A stretch of DNA of 64,000 bases from the NCBI GenBank assembly GCA_964187785.1, contig OZ076409.1, forward strand, positions 38,380,001 through 38,444,000, given 5' to 3'. Every line of letters begins with the position of its first letter. Within the stretch, counting starts at the first letter, position 1. The DNA is from Amphiscolops sp. MND2022. Taxonomy: Eukaryota. The notes under the pieces were generated by a model. It ran no database searches and had not been told where the DNA came from. It saw only the letters and a list, made by a program, of their open reading frames with translations. Shown in pieces: positions 39,357 to 52,201 of the stretch. The translations under genes were made by a program, and so were the position numbers.

Positions 39357-39752
39357 TGAAAAACGAAGCTTTTAAATTAGTTTGAAAAGGAGAAATATGC
39401 AACCATATCTTTTTCATAAAATACTAAGTATGATTTTTCGAAATTTTCTTGAACCAGGGTTGATGCTTAAAATTGAATGGTTTCAATCATTGATTATAAT
39501 TTGATGATAATCAACTTGATTAGAACTATTTGAACAATGGTGTGATTGAATTCAGCCGAAAGGAGCCAATTTTTCGAGGTGGATGACTCCATTCAACAGA
39601 TTCTGTCTTGAGCTTCGAGAATTAAACAATTGAGACTCATTTTAAAGGGCTCCTAAAGTGTCAATTTGAAGAATAAAAACCAACTCGGAATTGAAAAACT
39701 CAAAAACTTCGCTATCTGGTTAAACTTTTTGAAAATTAATGAAAAACTGGTT

Positions 39753-40218
39753 GCGGGACAAAACAGCCGATTTTAAAACGAGACCAAACAGCTGATTTTC
39801 AAAACGAGACAAAACAGCCGATTTTCAAAGCGAGACAAAACAGCAGATTCTCAAAACGGAACAAAATGAGTGATGGTACAACCAATATGCATGGAACTTG
39901 ATATACTTGAAGAGGTTCATATTTGTTGTATGGGTCGGTCGCTTCGCTCCCTTCGCCAAGTAGCAACATTGAGGCATGGCCATATGGCACGTCGCTCGGC
40001 TTCGCTTCGCTCCTGCATATAGGGCACTAGGGGTATTTGAACATAGCTGACTACATAAAAATAATTATATTGACTGCTAATCTTACGCATTGACAAAATC
40101 GTCGATTTCTGTATTTACTCATCGGCGATTTTGTATTGTTTTAAAATCGGTTGTTTTGTCCTATTTTGAAAATTGGCTGTTTTGTCCCGCCTAAAATCGG
40201 CTGTTTTGTCCCGCTCCC
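39753..40218. mobile_element. Foldback-type MITE whose arms are arrays of a ~25-bp unit
   Basis: Left 4-5 copies of 'gcg(g/a)gacaaaacagccgatttt'. Right 3 inverted copies 'aaaatcggctgttttgtcccgc'. Confidence 0.75.
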
Positions 40219-41009
40219 TGAAAAATTGGTTTCTGCATTCCCGTTTTTATTCTTGATTATCCATTCTTAACATCTTTCATCAATCAACTTTCATCAATTT
40301 AATAAGTATTCCGACTGAATACGCTGTTTTCTATTGACTTTTCTCACATGCAGGAACCAGTAGCTTTTCTCACATTTTGATCTAGAAAATAAAATTGAGT
40401 CAAATTTTGGACATGAATTGAAAACGGTGTTTCTAGAGACAGCGAAGAAAACTTTGGCAATACCTGAAAAATGAGAAAACGCTATTCAGGAGTTGAAAGA
40501 ACAAGCCGCGAACGGCAAAAGCGCAGTACTTCAAAACGTCAAAAATCGTTCCTGAGAAATCATCTCACAGTGCCGAAAAAACCAAAGGGGGACCATTGGC
40601 GTTTAAAAATGCGTTCTGAAAATAATTTTAAAAAACAAAGAGATAAATTGGTTCGAAAAACTGAAAGTCGCACAGTGACGAAAGGTTTGTTTACAAATAT
40701 CAAAGCTTTGAGAGCTCAGAAATTTTTGTGCATTCCGTTTTTTGGTTCACCTAGTACAATAGCGCAACACGCACGAGTGACTCAAACGAATCAATGCAAC
40801 TTTAAGCATAATTTAAACCGAAACTCTGAAAATTAGCATCAAAAAGATTCTTAAACAAACTATTTAGAATTGCGAGAAGACTAATCTTCAAGTCGAGACA
40901 ATTGCGCATTGAAGAGCCCTCTCTACCTTATTAAATCATTGCAAGTAATGGTGCAGAACTCTTGATTAGCAAATATCGATTTAAAAACATCCAATGAATG
41001 CACCAATTT

Positions 41010-42586
41010 TGTTATGACTCCTGTTAGGGTCGTTGTTCTGTACATTTTTGATCATTTTTGTTGCTTTTTGAAGGACATTCTTCTTTTCTAGCTTCTCTTG
41101 ATGAAAAGATTTTCGGATTTATCAATTTTGAATTGAAGTTTGCAGAGTAATTGTTTTAACAAAACAAAGTAGAATTTGATACAAGACAGCAGATTGAATC
41201 AGAAATTGAATGAATAAGTTTACAGGTACAAGCTATATATACCCTCCTAGCATCATCTGTTCATACTCGCGTACTTTAATTTCCATCGAGATATTAGTCA
41301 CTTCCTGTAATTTTGCGGCAAAACTTTGATCTTCGTCAGCATTTCGTCAATTTTAAAGACACAGCAATTCTAATCTAGTATTAGTCATCAACCATGATCA
41401 TATCATTTCATTCCGGCGTCCTTTTGTTTCCTCCCAAGCAGGAAGTAGATATTACTTCAGTCTGCCAAACCGGAAATATTTCCCCGTTTTACTGCTTTGG
41501 TTCGTAAGAAACCGACGCGGAGATGACGCTGACGTGAACAACTAATACCTGATTTTGAATTTCCACTTGAAGAAAATTATGACTAATTATCTTGATTTAG
41601 ACAATTTGGTGATGCTAAGAGAGTGACTGATTTACATGAGGCTAAACAATTAAATCTTTCAACAATTGATAATTATTTATCTGATTAAAGTTAAGAGCAA
41701 CACCTTTGAGCAACAATAGAAGACGACGTGACAACGTCAAACAGTCAATGAAATTATTAAATTAGGTAATCAAATCATACATTTAAAAAACCTGCATAGA
41801 CTGCACTTTATTAACACAAATTGAAAATGAACTGTTACTCTCCAATTTAAATAGTGTTAAAACACTCTTATTTTTAGTTAGTCAGAAAAATCCTGGCCTA
41901 AATACCATATTCCGTTCGAATTCAATCTTAGTCGACGCAATACTGACGTAGAAATGTGTTTTCTCAACTCTAGTATCTTAGTTGACGTAGCGTTGACGTA
42001 GATTCAAAATTTGGCTTGGTTACTTGAATTGCGACGTAGTGTTGACGTTGATTCATATTCTAGCTTCGATTAGTTTTACCGTATTAAAATAAGGCTTCTT
42101 TTAAATTCAATACTGATTAAAACGCCTAATTTCATAACTTTGGGACGTAGTGTGGACGTAACTTTTTATTCGACTTAGTCCGCCATTATAGTGGACGTAA
42201 ATTTGGTATTTTGAATGGATTGAAACAGCTATTTCGATGGAAAATACTCAATTACGTCTAATTTCATAAACTTGTCAACGTCATGTTGACGCGTTTTCTT
42301 GGCAGAAATGAGATTTTGACTAGTTTGACGTGATGCTGACGAATATTTAGAATTAGACTTTAGCTAGTTAGCTACGAGCGCTGTGACGTCACGTTGGCGG
42401 AAAATTGGAATGATTTCTAGTAAGCTATTAGTATAGGCGGATAATCGGAATGATTTTCTGGTATGCGTAGACGAGGCTGTGACGTAGCGTAGTCGCGACG
42501 CAAATTCAATCGTATTGGCGAAGCGGTGACGTAAATTAGTTTTAGTTTGCTTTTAATTCAATCCAGTCCGGGCGCGGACTGTGACA
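41010..42586 (-). repeat. 3' LTR (1577 bp)
   Basis: Near-identical to 44391-46019; about 4 substitutions seen by eye. Confidence 0.9.
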
Positions 42587-43509
42587 GGGCCACTCTCATA
42601 AGACGAATGGTTCTCGGGGGCTTGATAAAATGAAAGATGATGTTAAGGAAGTTTTGTACCGTCAATTAATTGGTTATCAAATTGTTTTTGTTTTCTTTAG
42701 TCCTACATTTTGACGTAGTTTCGTTCTTTTTGCGACAAGTAATTCCAATGATATGTCTCGGTTGTATTTTGCAGGAAAATGATTAAAATTCTACTGTCAT
42801 CACAACGCATGTCCGGAAATGTGTGAAATTATCTCGGAATGTTTTTAGGTTCTGAAATCATTCATAATTTAGATTTTGATGGTTTTAACTTGTCACAGTT
42901 TATTTCAGTTTAATAAGATAGTCTAACTGTTTTCATAATGCATCCATGATCACGTCCAAACTGCGCCTCTTGGCAACCACAATCCAGGCCGGGCGCGGAC
43001 TGTGACAGGGCCACTCTCATGGGACGAAGATATCTCGTGGGGTTGTCGAAACTGAAGAGAGGATTGTTTTGGTTGTACGCTTTCCCAGAGGAATGCGACA
43101 TTTCCGGTACCACTCTGTAGTTCGGTATAGCACTTTTTGGGAGGTGGTAGAAGCTGTCTTTTAATTCCTTTGTAGTCCCAGGTGTTGACGTTTTGCCAAC
43201 GTCACGTTTTTATTGGCCACGAATTAAATTAATTCGTTTGACCAAAGTTGTCAACGTTTTGCTGACGTCAAGTTCGTTAGCATAGCTAACTTTTGAAGTT
43301 GTCACCGTTTTGATGACGTCATTATAGATTATAGGATTAATTCTTAACCCTGATAACCTTTGTGTCGACGTTATGCCGACGTCAATTTCGTTGGTAATTA
43401 GCCAACTTTAGGTTTTGTCACCGTTTTGATGACGTCAATTTTGTTAACGATAAGCCAACTTCATTTTTTTGCGGTCACTGTTGACGTCATAATGACGTCG
43501 TATCAGTAT

Positions 43510-43696
43510 TGGGCTGTTATAACCCTGGTCATTTGCGACGTCAATCTTGCGTCGTCTTTGTATATGGGTTGTTATAACCCGGTCATTTGCGACGTCAATC
43601 CTGCGTCGTCTTTGTATATGGGCTGTTATAACCCGGTCATTTGCGACGTCAATCTTGCGTCGTCTTTGTATATGGGCTGTTATAACCCGGTCATTT
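43510..43696. repeat. 54-bp minisatellite, ~3.4 copies
   Basis: Unit ggtcatttgcgacgtcaatcttgcgtcgtctttgtatatgggctgttataaccc. Confidence 0.9.
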
Positions 43697-44390
43697 TCAG
43701 ATCAATTTGGTCTTAAAAGATCATGATCTGCAAAGTGATAATTAGACTCATTTTTGTTCTCTGAGGGAGATGTGCGTATCAGTGACGCCGACGCGCTGGT
43801 TATTCAACAACCCTTAGGTTTGTAATATTCCCCGTTCCATTAAGCTTTTTTGAATCATACGAAACTGCAGATAGGCCTTTTCTGCTTTTGTATGTTCATA
43901 GCTTAGATTTTCTGACTAGTCGATTCGGGAATGTGTGCTTCAGTGACTACGTCTTTGTCATCTTTCGAACGCACATCTCGGCCTCAGGAAGAGTCTAGTT
44001 TTTCTTTTTTCTTTTTTTATACTTACTGATGTGAGCTAATTCATCCGACTCTGGGCAAAGGTAACGCCCCAGGGGTATGTTGCCAGCTTTTGGAACCTCG
44101 TGTTGTGGTAAACGATGTCTTCGGCAGGTGTTGAACTGCTTCTGACGATGTACTGACGGTGACGGGTTGAGTGTTGTTGGTGTAGTCGTCGAAGTTTAAC
44201 TCGTTTATCATCAGTCGGTCAACAAGTAGTCTCCATTTGCCGTTTGGGTTGCGTTGCTCAATTAGTGTATGTTCGTCTTCGTTTCTGGGGCGAAGAGTTT
44301 CCGCAATGTGCAGGGACGCTCTTTGGACGGTAGTTTAAGCTGAGGTTTTCTTGGGTACATTTGTTGAAAGGTCCAAAACTCCTGTCACCA

Positions 44391-46019
44391 TGTTATGACT
44401 CCTGTTTGGGTCGTTGTTCTGTACATTTTTGATCATTTTTGTTGCTTTTTGAAGGACATTCTTCTTTTCTAGCTTCTCTTGATGAAAAGATTTTCGGATT
44501 TATCAATTTTGAATTGAAGTTTGCAGAGTAATTGTTTTAACAAAACAAAGTAGAATTTGATACAAGACAGCAGATTGAATCAGAAATTGAATGAATAAGT
44601 TTACAGGTACAAGCTATATATACCCTCCTAGCATCATCTGTTCATACTCGCGTACTTTAATTTCCATCGAGATATTAGTCACTTCCTGTAATTTTGCGGC
44701 AAAACTTTGATCTTCGTCAGCATTTCGTCAATTTTAAAGACACGGCAATTCTAATCTAGTATTAGTCATCAACCATGATCATATCATTTCATTCCGGCGT
44801 CCTTTTGTTTCCTCCCAAGCAGGAAGTAGATATTACTTCAGTCTGCCAAACCGGAAATATTTCCCCGTTTTACTGCTTTGGTTCGTAAGAAACCGACGCG
44901 GAGATGACGCTGACGTGAACAACTAATACCTGATTTTGAATTTCCACTTGAAGAAAATTATGACTAATTATCTTGATTTAGACAATTTGGTGATGCTAAG
45001 AGAGTGACTGATTTACATGAGGCTAAACAATTAAATCTTTCAACAATTGATAATTATTTATCTGATTAAAGTTAAGAGCAACACCTTTGAGCAACAATAG
45101 AAGACGACGTGACAACGTCAAACAGTCAATGAAATTATTAAATTAGGTAATCAAATCATACATTTAAAAAGCCTGCATAGACTGCACTTTATTAACACAA
45201 ATTGAAAATGAACTGTTACTCTCCAATTTAAATAGTGTTAAAACACTCTTATTTTTAGTTAGTCAGAAAAATCCTGGCCTAAATACCATATTCCGTTCGA
45301 ATTCAATCTTAGTCGACGCAATACTGACGTAGAAATGTGTTTTCTCAACTCTAGTATCTTAGTTGACGTAGCGTTGACGTAGATTCAAAATTTGGCTTGG
45401 TTACTTGAATTGCGACGTAGTGTTGACGTTGATTCATATTCTAGCTTCGATTAGTTTTACCGTATTAAAATAAGGCTTCTTTTAAATTCAATACTGATTA
45501 AAACGCCTAATTTCATAACTTTGGGACGTAGTGTGGACGTAACTTTTTATTCGACTTAGTCCGCCATTATAGTGGACGTAAATTTGGTATTTTGAATGGA
45601 TTGAAACAGCTATTTCGATGGAAAATACTCAATTACGTCTAATTTCATAAACTTGTCAACGTCATGTTGACGCGTTTTCTTGGCAGAATTTAAGCTTCAT
45701 AAACTTGTCAACGTCATGTTGACGAGTTTTCTTGGCAGAAATGAGATTTTGACTAGTTTGACGTGATGCTGACGAGTATTTAGAATTAGACTTTAGCTAG
45801 TTAGCTACGAGCGCTGTGACGTCACGTTGGCGGAAAATTGGAATGATTTCTAGTAAGCTATTAGTATAGGCGGATAATCGGAATGATTTTCTGGTATGCG
45901 TAGACGAGGCTGTGACGTAGCGTAGTCGCGACGCAAATTCAATCGTATTGGCGAAGCGGTGACGTAAATTAGTTTTAGTTTGCTTTTAATTCAATCCAGT
46001 CCGGGCGCGGACTGTGACA
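44391..46019 (-). repeat. 5' LTR (1629 bp, with a 52-bp internal tandem duplication)
   Basis: Extra copy of ttcataaacttgtcaacgtcatgttgacg.gttttcttggcagaa at ~45644-45740 that is absent from the other LTR. Confidence 0.9.
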
Positions 46020-46695
46020 AATTTAGGGCAAATTCACGTTACCAATAGTATTTTTGATCAGTGCCCGAAGTTACTAAAACGCTATCCCTTGTTGAAACTG
46101 CTTGAACTTTTTGCATGTACTTCAATGTTACCAGCAATTTTATTATGATTTTCAAAAACTCTTACAGAAACTTTCATGCGAAAATGTTTCTGTTGTTTTT
46201 AATTTTATCAAGCTGCTTGGAAGATGGGAATGTCCCACAGAGTCAAAAGACTACACCGTTGAAAACAAATATTTTGTCCCACGAGGTCGAAAGAATTTTT
46301 TGGCTGATTAATCAGTCAGATATAATTTTATTGGCTGAAATTGATACTAACTGAAATAAGCCAAAATCAATTCGCGGGAAAATTTGCTAACAAGCGTGAC
46401 TCAAAATAAACAAAACAACAAAATTAATTATTGCAGACCTTGATTTTATGACAGAATGCAAACAAAAATTAATGATGTTTAAATGAACTTAAATAAATTT
46501 GATACCACAAAATATGAGTGAATGGGGGCAATGACAAAATTTGACGGGAGAAACAAGATAAAATACTAAAGCTAGAAAACATCACAAGTTTTCAAAATAA
46601 ACCAGCTGAAAGTTGCAAAATCAAGGCGTAGCATAAATAATAACTACGAAAACTACCGACACCAAATTAATAGAAAAACTGACTCGAAATACTAT

Positions 46696-47900
46696 TTGAA
46701 TTGTCTCCGCAGCAGCGGCGCGACAATGATATCTAATCCCGACATAACTGCGATAAGACAACCAGGTAAACACAACCAAGATCAAGAGAAAGCACTCATC
46801 GAATATGAAGCAATGCGCCAAAAGGTTTTGCGAAAGATAGAAAACGATCCTCCATCAGTAATTAACAACTGTTACTCCACTGATCCTGAACAAAAACCCA
46901 GAAGCGTCGCTCCCGAATACCGTTGTGTACGGAGCAGTATGTACAGAAAACGTACAAAACAAGTCCTCCAGTTTCAAAAAGTATTTCAATTTCATGGTCG
47001 CTGGAAGAGAACTTTTTCCGGCGCGCAATATCTTCGGTACCGTAATCCCGATATGGGCGTTACAATTTTCGTGACCGATGAAAGTCTACAAATTCTGTCT
47101 GAGAGTGGCAACGTACTTTCCGATAGAACTTTCAAGTGCGCCCCCTGCCTTATTTCCAGCAGTATGTCATTGGGCTTGTTCGGGAAGCTGGATTTTTGCC
47201 CCTCGTATTCGCTTTGATGTCGGGTAAAACCACCTATCAATACCGGAAGCTTTTCAGTGTCGTCAAGCAGAAACTTTTCGTTCTGACGGGTCGACATTGG
47301 ATGCATGAGCGTATAAAGACGGAATATGAAAGAGGGGTCATTTCCACTCTCGAAACAGGGGGACCCGTCACGTTGGTTGTTATTTCCATTTCACGCAGTC
47401 ACTATGCAGGCACTTGGCGGAGTATGGCTGGAAAAGACCCTATCAAGACACTCCAGCAGTGACACGCGTCGTACGACTTTTGATGGCTTACGCATTTCTC
47501 CCAGAAACGACATTTGCGCATCAATATCGATGCTGCTGCAAGAAGCCGAAGTAGTACAAGTCACGAGAGATTACCCGGATATCCTAAAATTACTGCGTTA
47601 CTTCTACAGAACGTGGATAGTCACTTCCCCCAAGCTATGCTGCGTATTTGATCGACCATGTCGTCTAAGGACAACCAACATTTGAGAATGTTGGAACAAT
47701 TCTTGAAACAGGAACCAACTTCTGGACAGCGATGAAATTTTGGAAGCAACAGTAATGCGAGACGTAAAATCAAATTGCACTTGCAGGAATGAGCAGACGA
47801 CCAGTCAAACAGCAAAGAAAAAGGAGATTGTTCAACGAGAGAGTTGAAGCGTTAAAGAGATCATATACAATGGGAAAGAGACACTTGAAAAACTATTGGT
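46696..47900 (+). pseudogene. MULE (Mutator-like) transposase relic
   Basis: Across shifting frames: SDRTFKCAP, FQQYVIG...LPLVFALMSGKT..QY, GCYFHFTQSLCR (CxxH), LRYFYRTWI, RTTNI*ECWN. These match the MULE DDE-domain motif order. Confidence 0.8.
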
Positions 47901-50835
47901 TGACAATGTCAAATCTCTGTTCAAGTACCTAATTTTAATACAATTCAAATGGCTCCAAAACGTCTGTTTGACCGAGGGGGGTTGGGAGGTTGTTTGGTAG
48001 TGGCATTTGGCAATGTAGGTACTTTAAGAAAATGTTTGAAAAATAATTCAGAAAAGCAGAATGCCTCTCTCATTGAGAGACTCGGTGAAGTAATAATTGG
48101 GGGACGTACCGCGACAAGGCCTTATCACGGCGCTAGCAACCCCGGTAGCTAGCCCTAAGCATCACGAGACGTAACGATGCTCACCTTCACTCCATTTAGT
48201 ACAAGCCTTTTTTAGATATTTTTTAGCTTTCTTAAGCTAGATAGAAGTATTAAGTGCAAAAACAGAGAGTAATTTTTTTAAACTTCCAAAAATTTTCCGA
48301 AAAAATTCAATACTTACTTACCTGAACCCTTATTGTGGTAACAATTTGCTTGAAATTGTCCAAATTCAACAAATTTGCTTCCAAAGTTGATTGGATGAAA
48401 TGCATAAATTATACAAATTATGTCTGAAATTCTGGGTGTGTAAAAACGATATAAACTGACGAAATTATGAAAGTTATATTATTGACGCCGTAGGACCAAT
48501 TATTTAGTTTCGACGCTGTGGGACCAAATATTTATTTTCGACGCTGTGGATACGAACCTGGAAGATTCGTCGATTTTTTGGCGGCAATTTTAAGCCTTGA
48601 AGTTTTGCAGGTTTCATGAAGCAGCAGCTATTCTTTTAAAAGCAAATAAACTGCTATCAGTTTCACCGCTAATTTAAGGCAAAATAACTTCAGTCGCGTA
48701 GTAAACTGCAAATTAGCGTCATGTTTAACGTGCTATTTGAGAAGCGGTGATCACATCAGATGAGTAATTGAGAAAAAGAGCAATAAACTGCGCCATGTAA
48801 AAAGTTCCTGCAGTTTCAACTAGGGATTGCATAAATTTTAGAGAATTATCAATCAATAGGTCAACACGCTTTCCCCGTCTTTACTGTGAGAGCAGTCTTC
48901 AAAAACACGCACTTTGTTGTACGATTCGTAGTATGAAGTCCGTGATTGGTACGATCTCGCTACGATCCTACCAAGATAGGCGTCAATGTGCTGTGAAGGC
49001 CAACTTGAAATACAGTAATCTCAGGTTTAAACTATTTATCATGGAGTTCGATTTGTAATTTTTTCCCGGAAAAACACAGAAAAAATTACAATGACATTGT
49101 TTTTTTTTCAATTGTGAATATTCTTTTCATTGATCACCTTCCAATGTTCAAAAGTTTTTTTCATCTCAATTATAATTTATCGTCGGTAATTGAATTCAGA
49201 TGTTTGAAAGGCGGCAAAGAACTTGTGATATTGAGCTTGAACGAAAAATTACATTTCTTGGTATTCGTTACAGTAAATATCGATTTTTGTTCGGGGCGAT
49301 TTTTTTCATGGTTGTAACGGTGGGATAGACAACAAGGCCTAAAAACTGAGAGCCAGATTCTCAGCAATTGTTATTTGCGCTAGCAGTTTTAGCATCCTTC
49401 AATTTTTGATATCCCCACATTAAACATCATCAAATTCGTGGCGAGGCAGAAATAAATGTTTTTGGCGAGGCAGAAACTCAAATGTATACCCACACTCAAG
49501 CACCAAAACATCAATAAATCTTAGCATGATATCTAAAAGAAAATGACAAACATCGGAAAACAACGTCAAAGTTTTGAAACTTCCGAGACATATTGGGATC
49601 TTGCCATGATTTCCAGAATGTTGAACCCTGGATCATCTTTAATTGCTTCTCGGTACATGGACCCTCTACCAGCCAGAAGACATTGCTTGTGCGAAAAATT
49701 TGCATTTGTTGTTACAGCATAAACGAAGCTGGCAAACGATTCTGGTGAACCTTCCAGGTCTTAACACTGGCATAAGCAAGACATCAAATGCCACAACTAC
49801 TGAAAAGCAAAACATGTGTTCGATTTCATTTTTAATCACTTCTCAGAGAACTTTTCAATTATGCAGGCTTTTCATTGCAATATTTTTTGCTGAAGTAGTA
49901 ATCTTGAAGTCGCACATGATGCCGAAATAACTAGTTTCAACAATCGCCGCTGATATTTCGGTGCGAAGCAAAACGTGTTGATCAAAAGAAGCCGTGGTCG
50001 GCATAAGCCAGCGCCCCGCTTAATCCCCGAGTTTCTTAAATATGCTCACGTATAGTTTTTGAGAAAGATGTGAAAGGGGAACGGAACGGACCCTCTGGAC
50101 TCAAGGACCCAAAAAAAGAAGACTTTTCCTACAAGTAAATCTAAACAAAGGACTAATTTCGGCATTGAACTTGGCCTATCAGGAACTGAATTACATGAGC
50201 TAATGAAACGGTCCGGGAAGAGAAAGTGTATTCAAAATTCTAGATTTGGTATTGTTGCATGCAACAAAAAGTGGACATTTCAAAAAGTAATTGATTGAAA
50301 CGTATGAAAATGAGCGAAACGCAAACTTTAACTGTCTGGACATTTGTAGTTTTTGCCAGATTTGTTTGGGTTTCATGTAAAGATGAGGCGTAGCTTGTCG
50401 CCTCTAGCTCATGTAATGAAAACTAAGAGAAAAATAACTTTTGTTTTGCTCATTTCTGTAATGTCTGGCTCGTAAATGACTGGCGCCGTAGCAGCGCTGG
50501 TCATTATTTTTGTTAGAAGCCAATAAATTTACTTAAAAGGGCCCTTCGTTTTTCCATGTTCTCCTGAATACGTGAAACAAGGACACTTCGGTGATGCAAC
50601 ACAATGAAAAATGTGGTTTAACAAAATAAAAACAATCTAAAGAAACAATTAAAATGCTGCTGTTTTTGATCGACGTAAATGATTATTTTTGAATCTTGAA
50701 TTAATTATTCTTGAATTAGAGAACATTGTTACAAAGTTGCTCAAGTAATTTATCCTTTCCATTTTTTTCATGAAATTATTCCACAAGAGGAAGCATCCGA
50801 CGATAATATTGAGATGCAGCGTCCAACCAAATCAA

Positions 50836-50930
50836 CCAATGAAAGCAATTTGTGCATTCCTTTTCTTCCATTAGCCAATCAAAACTGACCATTTCCTTTT
50901 CAAGTCTTTCCCGCTGCTCTGCTGCTTATA
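50836..50930 (+). promoter_or_regulatory. Candidate Vax proximal promoter (two CCAAT boxes, weak TATA-like)
   Basis: CCAAT at 50836 and 50875 (agccaatca) and cttata at ~50925, 170-265 bp upstream of the ATG. Confidence 0.35.
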
Positions 50931-51100
50931 GGCCCCATAATTTTCCTTTGTAAACAATAACACTTTAAATGGACAACTAGCCGGCAGTTATCAAGCCTGT
51001 CAAAATAACAATAAAATTATCCCATCTTCAATTTTTATCGCGCAAATTTTCAATTCAATCAAAAAAGTTAAACAACAAATTTTTCTTGCTAAACAAACAA

Positions 51101-51584
51101 ATGGCAGCATTTTCGATTGACAACTTGCTTTCCAAACCCAAACCAAGTTTGATCAATTCGGAGCGCATTCCTATGTTGGACACTTCTTCAATGTGCTACC
51201 CACTGAGCATCCAAGTCGCGCCCAAAACAGACATCTTGCCACCGCTCGGACAATGCCAGTTCAATCCCAACGCAACTTCGGCAATAAAATCAGCCAAGTT
51301 GGAGTCTCAGAGTGCCGAAATCATTGATGTTTCAAGCACAGTTCCAGATCATGCGTTTCTCCATGCAGGGGAACACTTTTCATCGTCAAAAGCGGGGACC
51401 TCGCCCAGGATTTCAACACCTGGTTCATGGACTGACGGGGATGCGGCTCTGGAGGCCCAATTGCACAGAAATGGCGATGCCAGAAGTCCGGACATGGAAA
51501 GTGGGTCTGGGTGCTTGTCTCCATTGCAAAAAGATGAGTTCGGACAGAAAAACATCCCCGAGCCAAGACGAATGCTGATTAAAG
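51101..51584 (+). CDS. Vax: Vax homeobox transcription factor, exon 1
   Basis: ATG 51101 MAAFSIDNLL (eh1-type motif), ending PRRMLIK, donor G|GTTAG, phase 1. Confidence 0.85.
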
Positions 51585-52013
51585 GTTAGAAAAATTTAAC
51601 AAAAAACAAATTGTATATATTTTTTGAAATAACTGTCTCCATAATATTCCCCGATAAGTGTGTATGAAGTTATCTTTTAAGTCGAATTATTATTTTTTGA
51701 GATTTCAAGAGAAGTTTCTTCTTGTTTTCACAATTTGCCCAGTTACCTTTAATTTGGAATGATACCAGAAATACGTTTTCGTACCAAAAGTAGCTCTTAA
51801 GCTGATACTCATTCTAATTTTTCACAAAAGCATTATACCGATCGCAGTTCTTAGAAAGTTTACAAGTCTTAGATTGAGTTAGAAACGAGTTCTGAAATGA
51901 AACTTTTGAAAAATTATAAAGTATTATAAATTTGTTTTAGACAATACATCACCAATTCAGGCATCATCGAATCTATATTTTGAATTTTTTCATTTGTTGC
52001 GAAACTGTTCCAG

Positions 52014-52201
52014 ACACGAACGGGCAAATCAAGGAGTTGATTTTCCCTAGAGGACTAGATTTGGACAGACCGAAGAGAGAAAGGACTTCGTTCACGCCCG
52101 AGCAGCTGTTCAGACTTGAGAAAGAGTTCAGACAGAACCAGTACATGGTAGGCAGAGACAGAGGAGAACTCGCCAACTGTCTCGGCCTCACTGAAACTCA
52201 G
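52014..52201 (+). CDS. Vax: Vax exon 2 (Vax-specific pre-homeodomain motif and homeodomain residues 1-44)
   Basis: Acceptor ttccag. DTNGQIKELIFPRGLDLDRPKRERTSFTPEQLFRLEKEFRQNQYMVGRDRGELANCLGLTETQ matches the Vax signature (LPKGLDLDRPKRTRTSFT...QYVVGRER). Donor CAG|GTTGG. Confidence 0.95.

Larger units (their letters stand above)
37188..40754 (+). mobile_element. Tc1/mariner-type relic with ~31-bp TIRs, TA TSD and nested insertions
   Basis: TA-ctaggtgaaccaaaaaaccgaaagcacaaaa at left and its near-exact reverse complement plus TA at right. Transposase remnant KRVAVKDVLTNAQKDRRVNWCRRHLFFDFTKGIFSD at ~37752-37860. Confidence 0.8.
41010..46019 (-). mobile_element. Non-autonomous LTR retroelement with ~1.6-kb LTRs and 1.8-kb non-coding interior (LARD-like)
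   Basis: LTRs 41010-42586 and 44391-46019, both TGTTAT...GTGACA. 5-bp TSD AATTT. Minus-strand PBS-like TGGTGACAGGAG abutting 44390. No gag/pol motifs seen. Confidence 0.9.

Noticed and set aside
38611..39359. ORFs in the gggacccttt repeat (also 22949-23657, 24427-24705)
   Set aside because: Low-complexity K/F/G-rich translations of a non-coding repeat family.
43426..43716. 96-aa ORF with a repeated 18-aa unit
   Set aside because: Simply the translation of the 54-bp minisatellite.
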